Source: an uncultured Chloroflexia bacterium
Lineage (GTDB): Bacteria > Chloroflexota > Chloroflexia > QHBQ01 > JADMIH01
DNA: 64,000 nt
Assembly (NCBI GenBank): GCA_963797095.1
Contig: CAWCNY010000002.1
Location: 896,001 to 960,000, forward strand
Direction: 5' to 3'
The position numbers and the translations under genes are program-made. Under the pieces are notes generated by a model. The model worked only from the letters and a program-made list of their open reading frames with translations, had not been told where the DNA came from and did no database searches. Every line of letters begins with the position of its first letter. The first letter of the stretch is position 1. Positions 57,711 through 64,000 of the stretch are shown here, piece after piece.

Positions 57711-58628
57711 ATGAACAATATCAAACGAATGCAAAACGGCACGTCCCGACCATCACCCATGCTGAATCCCGTTGACCAATTTGAAACCTACCGGCCCTTG
57801 ATGCTGTCCATCGCATACCGCATGCTGGGCAGCATCGCAGAGGCTGAAGACATGGTGCAAGAGACCTACCTGCGTTATCGCGCGGTGCCGCCCGACACGA
57901 TTACTTCTCACAAAGCCTTGCTCAGCACCATAGTCACACGCCTCTGCCTCAACTACCTCAACACAGCACGCGCGCAGCGCGAAACCTACATAGGGCCGTG
58001 GCTGCCGGAGCCTGTGACGACCGAAGCCGATCCTTATATCTCTGTAGCTGAAGGACCACTCTTGCACGAATCTCTTTCGATGGCGTTCCTGGTGCTGCTC
58101 GAAGAGCTCACACCACTGGAACGTGCCGTCTTTCTCCTTCGGGAAGTATTCGAGTACGAATATGCGGAGATTGCGGAAATAGTCGGCAAGGAAGAGGGCA
58201 CGTGTCGCCAGTTGTTGAGCCGGGCGAAGAAGCATATCGCGGCCAACCGCCCACGCTTCAAACCGAGCCGCGAGGCTCATCGCCGCCTGCTCGACAGGTT
58301 CCTCAAGGCTGTTAGCTTCGGCGATATGGAGGGGTTGATGCAACTGCTGCACACCGATGTAATACTGTGGGCAGACGGCGGAGGCAAGGCGCGAGGCGCT
58401 GCCACCCGCCCTGTGTATGGGCGCAACGCTGTGACCCGCTTCCTGATGGCCTCCACGCGCCTGCCCCAGGAAAGCTACACTACCGAAGTCGAGGAGATCA
58501 ACGGCGAGCCTGCTATCGTCTTGCGCACAGCCGAACAGGTCATCGTGGCGCTCTTCATTGAATCGGATGGCGAATACATCAAACACATACGAGCTATCGC
58601 CAACCCCGATAAATTGCAGCACATATAG
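57711..58628 (+). CDS. ECF41 (SigJ-like) sigma factor with SnoaL-like C-terminal extension
   Basis: IAYRMLGS..EAED.VQE, YIGPWLPEP, DGGGK, NPDKL; start could be 57759. Confidence 0.93.
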   Translation: MNNIKRMQNGTSRPSPMLNPVDQFETYRPLMLSIAYRMLGSIAEAEDMVQETYLRYRAVPPDTITSHKALLSTIVTRLCLNYLNTARAQRETYIGPWLPEPVTTEADPYISVAEGPLLHESLSMAFLVLLEELTPLERAVFLLREVFEYEYAEIAEIVGKEEGTCRQLLSRAKKHIAANRPRFKPSREAHRRLLDRFLKAVSFGDMEGLMQLLHTDVILWADGGGKARGAATRPVYGRNAVTRFLMASTRLPQESYTTEVEEINGEPAIVLRTAEQVIVALFIESDGEYIKHIRAIANPDKLQHI

Positions 58629-58634
58629 GCTTTC

Positions 58635-58677
58635 TAACAAACAAAAATGGCGGCCAGGCCGCCATTTTTGTTTGTTA
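58635..58677. terminator. Bidirectional terminator hairpin with the AAAATGGCGGC core
   Basis: taacaaacaaaaatggcggcc/ggccgccatttttgtttgtta. Confidence 0.8.
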
Positions 58678-58693
58678 TGCGACTAAGTTAGAT

Positions 58694-59518
58694 TCAGACG
58701 TATTCTTCGGTGTTGGTTTCGGAGGTTTCGGTGCTATCCGCCTCTTTGCCGGCGGCGCTGCCTGTCAATATCTCACGAATCTCGTTCTGGCACCTCTCAA
58801 GCGCCTGCCTGATCTTGCGGACTGTCTCGGGGTTCTGTGCGAACGCGCCGCTCCTGAGACCACCGCCCACTGTACGCAGAAGGTCTTTGAAAGCGTCGCC
58901 CGCGAATTTAAGCTCGTACATATTCGCTCCTGAGGGTATGCGCTCGCGGAAGCGCGTCCAGAAACCCTCCACAGCGTTGTGCTGTTTGTCAAGCTCAGCG
59001 TGTCCCGCTTCTGTCAGGCTGTAGACGCGCTTCTCGCCCTCCTGCTCGGAGCGCACCAATCCCTGGTCTTCCAGCAGTTGCAGCGTCGGATAGAGGGTGC
59101 CGGGGCTGGGAGTGTAGTGCCCGCCTGTTTTCTCCTCGAGGTACTTGATGATGTCGTAGCCATGCTTGGGGCCGTCTTTGAGCACGCTCAAGATCACGTA
59201 CTTGAGCAAACCGCGCTCCAACCGCTCGCGCCCCGGGCCGAAGGGGCCAAATCCCCCAAAACCGCTGAACCCTCCTGGACCTCCTGGGCCGCCCCAGGGC
59301 CAACCGCCTTCCGCACCAAACCAGTCCTGACGCCCTCTGCCGCCTCCGCGCCCGCGACCGTGCCCCTGCCAGCGCTCCCGCTGCTGCTGCTGGTGTCTGA
59401 TGTCGCGCTCGGCGTGCCTGTGCATGCGCTCGGCATGCCTGTGAGCATTACTCCAGAAATCGTGTCCCCACGGTTCGTGAGTACTTTCGTGCTCGTGTTC
59501 ATTCGTATTGTCTGCCAT
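58694..59518 (-). CDS. PadR-family regulator with His/Gly-rich N-terminal extension
   Basis: IL..L..GPKHGYDII...Y.PSPGTLYPTLQLLED. Confidence 0.9.
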   Translation of the reverse strand: MADNTNEHEHESTHEPWGHDFWSNAHRHAERMHRHAERDIRHQQQQRERWQGHGRGRGGGRGRQDWFGAEGGWPWGGPGGPGGFSGFGGFGPFGPGRERLERGLLKYVILSVLKDGPKHGYDIIKYLEEKTGGHYTPSPGTLYPTLQLLEDQGLVRSEQEGEKRVYSLTEAGHAELDKQHNAVEGFWTRFRERIPSGANMYELKFAGDAFKDLLRTVGGGLRSGAFAQNPETVRKIRQALERCQNEIREILTGSAAGKEADSTETSETNTEEYV

Positions 59519-59561
59519 TGTCATTCTCCTTGAATTCTTGTTTTAGGTGTGTCTTTGATAT

Positions 59562-59579
59562 ATAAAGATATATCTTTAT
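59562..59579. promoter_or_regulatory. Putative PadR operator
   Basis: Perfect 18-bp palindrome ATAAAGATATATCTTTAT upstream of padR. Confidence 0.65.
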
Positions 59580-59768
59580 GCTTACTATACATCAGTTTTG
59601 TGCAGTTGTCAATACCCAATTCCATACGAATCTTCACCACCCAACTTTCAACCCATTCACGAGCTTGCGCAAGACGATATCTTAGACAATTATGCCGGAT
59701 CGGGTAAAATAAGCGCATATTCTCTTTCAGCATATTCAGGCTTCGAAAGAAGTAAGGAGACATATAAC

Positions 59769-60752
59769 ATGGACAACCAAACAACCACTAAAACAATCAA
59801 GGGCATACATCATATTACCGCTATTTCAGGCGATGCCCAGCAGAACCTCGACTTCTATTCAGGCGTGCTTGGGATGCGCCTGGTGAAGCGAAGCGTAAAC
59901 CAGGACGACCCCGGCACATACCACCTCTTTTATGCAGACGCCGAAGGCCATCCTGGCACCGACCTCACCTTCTTCCCCTGGGCTAATATGCCTCGCGGGC
60001 GCAAGGGCGCGGGCCTTTCTGTCGAAGTGCAGTTGGCTATTCCTGCGGGCAGCCTCGATTATTGGACCTCAAGGCTGGCCCAATACAACGTTGACACCTC
60101 ACCTGTGGAGACCCGCTTCGGCGAGCGCGCCATCCCTTTCCGCGATCCTCACGGAATGGACCTTGCTCTCGTGGAAACCGCCGGCGACCGCCTCTTCACT
60201 CAATGGGATAATGGGCCGGTGCCGCCCGAATACCAGGTGCGCGGTCTGCATGCGGCCCGCCTCTGGGAGCGTAGCCTCGATACCACGGGCCGCTTCCTCA
60301 CTTCGGTGCTCGGCTTCGAGCAGATCGGCGAAGAAAACGGCTGGACCCGTTTCGGCGTGCAGGGTGGCGGCTCCGGCAAGTTCATAGACATCCACGAGGT
60401 GCCCGGCGAGCGCCTGGGCGAGTGGGGCGTCGGCACTGTGCACCACATCGCGTGGCGTTTGCCCGACGTAGAGCGAGAGATGGCTCTACGCGTCGATGTG
60501 ATCGCAGCGGGAGGCCACCCGACCGACCTTATAGATCGCTTCTGGTTCAAGTCGGTCTACTTTCGAGAGCCGGGCGGAGTGCTCTTCGAGTTCGCCACCG
60601 AAGGCCCCGGCTTCGGCATAGACGAGGACATGTCCAGCCTAGGTGAGCACCTGGTGCTCGCGCCCTGGCTCGAACCCTATCGAGGTGAGATCGAGGCGGC
60701 CTTACCTCCGCTCAAGATGCCTGCCGCGCAAACAGAGCCGCTCCAGGCATGA
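59769..60752 (+). CDS. Ring-cleaving dioxygenase, VOC/glyoxalase family (MhqO/PcpA-like)
   Basis: GIHHITAI...SVNQDDP.TYHLFY, VHHIAW, DRFWFKSVYFREPGGVLFEFAT. Confidence 0.93.
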   Translation: MDNQTTTKTIKGIHHITAISGDAQQNLDFYSGVLGMRLVKRSVNQDDPGTYHLFYADAEGHPGTDLTFFPWANMPRGRKGAGLSVEVQLAIPAGSLDYWTSRLAQYNVDTSPVETRFGERAIPFRDPHGMDLALVETAGDRLFTQWDNGPVPPEYQVRGLHAARLWERSLDTTGRFLTSVLGFEQIGEENGWTRFGVQGGGSGKFIDIHEVPGERLGEWGVGTVHHIAWRLPDVEREMALRVDVIAAGGHPTDLIDRFWFKSVYFREPGGVLFEFATEGPGFGIDEDMSSLGEHLVLAPWLEPYRGEIEAALPPLKMPAAQTEPLQA

Positions 60753-60763
60753 AAAACGCACCT

Positions 60764-61153
60764 ATAACCCGCGAGATTGTCAAATTACACGGTGGTTCTA
60801 TACGCATTGAGGAACCGCAACACCGAGGCACGCGCCTTGTCATAACCCTTCCGCCCCTCCCCGGCGCTATTTTCAGGCATCCGACAGTCAGGCGGCGCTC
60901 GATCTAGTTGCCGGGCAGCACCCCGACATCATCCTCCTCGACATGAAAATGCCCGGTATGGATGGCTGGGAGTTCGCCAGGGTCTACCACCGGACATACG
61001 ACCGATGCGCCCGATCATGGTCCTCACCGCCGCCCAGGATGCTTCCGCGCGAGCAGCAGATATCAACCTCAGAGCTATCTGTCCAAGCAATTCGACCTGG
61101 ACGAGCTACTGGCGCGGATGGCTGAAATCGCCAATATGCTTGGCGACAACTGA
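60764..61153 (+). pseudogene. Fragments of a histidine-kinase C-terminus and a frameshifted receiver domain
   Basis: ITREIVKLHGGSIRIE...GTRLVITLP; then PDIILLDMKMPGMDGWEF, PIMVLTA and YLSKQFDLDEL spread over different frames. Confidence 0.75.
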
Positions 61154-61159
61154 GAACGC

Positions 61160-61555
61160 TTAGAGATCGGGCACGCTTCTTCCAGCCGGATAAATCAAAT
61201 ACGCCGTCCCACCCGAAGCTTGCAGCCACAGCTTCTCAAGTTCTGCCCGCTTATAGGTGCGCTGCACAGTCTCGTTGGCGGGCGCAGCCGGGTCGTTCAC
61301 AATCGGGTTGCCCTGTGCATCGAACCCAACCAGCACTATCAGGTGCCCATTGCTCGCCGCGATAGGAGCGCCGCTCAGTTGCCCCCTCCCCCAGCTAATG
61401 CTCATGATCACGGGCACGCCTGCCTCTATCCATTTTTCCGCCTGGGACATACTCTCAAATCGAGTCACAAACGCTTCCATGCCCTGGCTTGCCGCGTAGG
61501 CTGTATTGAACGGCCAGTTGCCGTGTCCCTAATACACCCGGTCGTAATCTCGGCA
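61160..61555 (-). pseudogene. C-terminal remnant of a peptidase C39-like protein
   Basis: DYDRVY*GHGNWPFNTAYA...GHLIVLVGF...VNDPAA; internal TAG at 61529-61531; N-terminus absent. Confidence 0.78.
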
Positions 61556-61669
61556 TTTTGCACTCAACCTTTCCTGGCAAAGCAACGTAGCGAATACGGG
61601 CGGTCCAATGCATCCTCACCGGGAGTATAACACGGCTGGGCGTTTCCCATCTGGAACTGCACACCCTAT

Positions 61670-62081
61670 AAACATAAAACATCCCAAATCTTAGATGCAG
61701 CTTCGCATGCGTGCAATCTACCTCTAGAATAGGCAAAAATGGGGGCGAAACCTCCATTTTCGCCTATTCTAGAAAGCCCCTCCCCAAATTATGGGGCTTT
61801 CAAGGGTAGGTTTCTGCAAAAGGGGGTGCAGGGGTACTCCCCTGACAGGGGGAGTGATGGGGGCAGTGGGGTGTCCCCCAACTCTTTCCCCACTATTTAC
61901 TCTCCCCTCTCCCCATTTTATGGGGAGAGGGGCCGGGGGTGAGGGGTTTTAGCCTGTACTCACCGGCGGATCTTCATGGAAAACCTACCCTTGAAAGAAA
62001 TTATGGAGAGGGGTTAGGGTGGGGTCTTGGGGCATCTTGATGCTCTCCTACGCACGATTTCAAAATTCTGGATGACCCATG
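61670..62081. repeat. Structured repeat / MITE-like element, copy 3, interrupted by a nested element
   Basis: catcccaaatcttagatgcagcttcgca...tctagaataggc/gcctattctaga hairpin; right end aaaattctggatgacccatg resembles the copy 1 right end. Confidence 0.78.
61797..61997. mobile_element. Nested 201-bp MITE
   Basis: Perfect 17-bp IRs CTTTCAAGGGTAGGTTT / AAACCTACCCTTGAAAG; flanks aaattatgggg / aaattatggag (10 of 11 bp duplicated); contains cccctctcccc...ggggagagggg REP-like hairpins. Confidence 0.8.
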
Positions 62082-62111
62082 ATCCGGTTTAGCATTCAGC
62101 CGGCACGATCA

Positions 62112-64000
62112 TTAACTGCCCCCGGCAAACAGCACATCATCAAGGTAGAAGGTAGGTTGTGGGCCTCCTGTCGTGTCCTGTAGCACAATGGCTGTTATCA
62201 CCCGGCTGGTAGCACCCAGGTCAGATAGAGGTATGCTTACCTGCCTCCAACTGTTCTGGCCTATGCTCCCACCACTGATGTAGCTGTCCAGCGGCCTCGA
62301 TGTAAGGTAATTACCGTTGGCATCGGCCACATACACCTCCATCTGCTGGCCTGAGCTGGACCCACCATTCACCCAGAAGGTGAGGCGGTCATACCCTGTG
62401 GTGTTGAACCCACTGCTGCCAAGCTGCAACCCTGCCCACGAACCAGTGAACTGGACGCTGGTAGACCTGCTCCCAGCATGCACATAGGCAGTGCTCGCGA
62501 AGTTGATGTTCGACCTCCACGACCAATTCTGCCACCCGTTGTCTAGTGCATCGTCATACACCGTACTGTGCGTACCCGCAACAGAGGTAGGTGTACTCGT
62601 AGCGGGCACTGAAGTGCGTGTGGCTGTACGGGTAGGTGTAACGGTAGGAGAACCACCTGACATATGCGTAGGGGTAGCAGTTGCACCTTGGTTTGTCGGT
62701 GTCGGACTGGGTGCAGGACCCCCACCACCGAAGCGGGTGGCCTCGGATATGATGCGGTCCCTCACCGATATCCCATATGGGTTGCTCGGTGTGAAATCCA
62801 TCCGGTCACCTGTCAGAAGACATGGACATCCCTCGTTGTCGAATAGCCATGCTGTCCACCCTATGTGCCTCCCTCCACTGTTCATCGTGTTCATTAGAGT
62901 TTCGGTGTCTGACTGGCTCATCTGTGACCCTGTCCCAAACTCGGTTACCATCACGGGGTAACCTGCATCTGCCACCGACAGGAAGTAGCTCCACTCTGAG
63001 GGTGGGTCGTATGGGTGGGAGGAGTAGACGATATTCTGCCCACCGTCTGCGGTGATGGGATTGCTCACAGCTCCACTGATGTCCCTCCCCCAGTTGCTCC
63101 CTGAGGCAAGGATAAGGTGCTTCTGAGGAGAGGGGTTATCGACAGCCCGCATGGCACTCACCATCTGGTCGTACACAGGACGCAGAGTGGCCCAACTCAC
63201 AGAGTAGTAAGTACCATTCCAATCGCCTGAGTGAGGCTCAGCCTGGAGCATAAAGAGGACATTGGACTTGTTCTTGTAACGCTGAACGAGGTCAACGAGA
63301 GCCTGTTGAGCGTTAGGGTCGACCGAGGCTGTGGGAGGCTGGTCGCCATTGATAGAGGGGTAGTAGTAGCAGTAGATAATGTACATACCATTCTGTTCAG
63401 CGAGTTGTTGGTACTCATCGAGGACAGAGAGGTAGGTAGCATCACCTGCCACCACAGGGCCGGAGGCGAAGCCATGCACAATAAGGTTAGAATGCCAGAC
63501 ATTGGCAAGCTGTGGTACAGCCTGTTCTTCGAAGGACATGGAGGGATAGACCCACTCGTTACGAAGGAGATTCACCCCTCTCAGTTCAACAGGGGAGGAG
63601 TTATCGGCACGCACCACTCTACCGCCCTGTGTCTTCAGCCATGGCAAGGCCCCCCCAGCCTGTGAGGTGGGAGTTGCGGCTGCTACTGTGTTAGTGCGTG
63701 TGGGAGTGTTCACAGGAGTATCAGTGAGGGTGGGTGTTCTGGTAGCCGTAGGTGCGGCGCTTGTGGCTGTTCTAGTGGAAGTGCGCGTAGCTGTGGGTAT
63801 TGCTCCTGTAGGTGTGCGAGTGGATGTGCGTGTAGCGGTGGATACGGGGCTTGTCGGTGTGCGTGTTGCCGTATTGGCAGGTGTGTTTGTTGGAGGTGCT
63901 GAGGTTCTGGTGGCCGTTGCAGGCACGCTTGTGTTAGTCCGAGTAGCCGTCGCCGCGGTGGTCGCTGTTGCAGCCTGCCCGCCGGCAAACAGCACATCAT
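62112..64000 (-). CDS. Partial (5' end outside the window) GH5-like glycoside hydrolase with Thr/Pro linkers and a C-terminal carbohydrate-binding-like domain
   Basis: LRGVN, QAEPH, YSSHPY, VMVTEFG, GWTAW; VYDDALDNGWQNWSW...YLDDVLF domain; DDVLFAGG also at the window edge. Confidence 0.82.
   Translation of the reverse strand, partial: DVLFAGGQAATATTAATATRTNTSVPATATRTSAPPTNTPANTATRTPTSPVSTATRTSTRTPTGAIPTATRTSTRTATSAAPTATRTPTLTDTPVNTPTRTNTVAAATPTSQAGGALPWLKTQGGRVVRADNSSPVELRGVNLLRNEWVYPSMSFEEQAVPQLANVWHSNLIVHGFASGPVVAGDATYLSVLDEYQQLAEQNGMYIIYCYYYPSINGDQPPTASVDPNAQQALVDLVQRYKNKSNVLFMLQAEPHSGDWNGTYYSVSWATLRPVYDQMVSAMRAVDNPSPQKHLILASGSNWGRDISGAVSNPITADGGQNIVYSSHPYDPPSEWSYFLSVADAGYPVMVTEFGTGSQMSQSDTETLMNTMNSGGRHIGWTAWLFDNEGCPCLLTGDRMDFTPSNPYGISVRDRIISEATRFGGGGPAPSPTPTNQGATATPTHMSGGSPTVTPTRTATRTSVPATSTPTSVAGTHSTVYDDALDNGWQNWSWRSNINFASTAYVHAGSRSTSVQFTGSWAGLQLGSSGFNTTGYDRLTFWVNGGSSSGQQMEVYVADANGNYLTSRPLDSYISGGSIGQNSWRQVSIPLSDLGATSRVITAIVLQDTTGGPQPTFYLDDVLFAGGS

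Overview
A 64-kb bacterial chromosomal window, probably from a Chloroflexota (Chloroflexia-like) genome. This is inferred from the Cys-loop SLH proteins, the 'FPETG...QYFERAxFExHPE' surface domains and the T-box regulation. Housekeeping genes include gatB, Glu/Leu/Phe/Val dehydrogenase, tig, a T-box-controlled non-discriminating aspS, clpP-clpX, a DnaQ-DinG helicase and ndk. These are interspersed with many secreted or cell-surface proteins: five SLH proteins, BNR/sialidase-like beta-propellers, GH99-like and GH5-like hydrolases, and a sortase-type protein. Regulatory modules include an ECF41 sigma factor with its target promoter, PadR, HxlR and an ABC-F gene with a uORF/terminator leader. Three IS elements have intact ends but broken transposases (ISKra4, IS701, IS256), and there is an older ISKra4 remnant. 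The most unusual signals are non-coding or compositional: (i) a 543-bp module apparently identical in two neighbouring SLH genes; (ii) CpG depletion in repeated/mobile DNA relative to single-copy genes; (iii) a three-copy ~120-nt covarying hairpin element, one copy carrying a nested MITE; (iv) heptamer-repeat hairpins at gene ends and in frame inside DinG; (v) 9-bp tandem expansions inside two transposases; (vi) a MITE that rewrote the C-terminus of a SMI1/KNR4 protein. No rRNA, tRNA or CRISPR array was seen. All calls come from reading the sequence by eye; no database searches were run.
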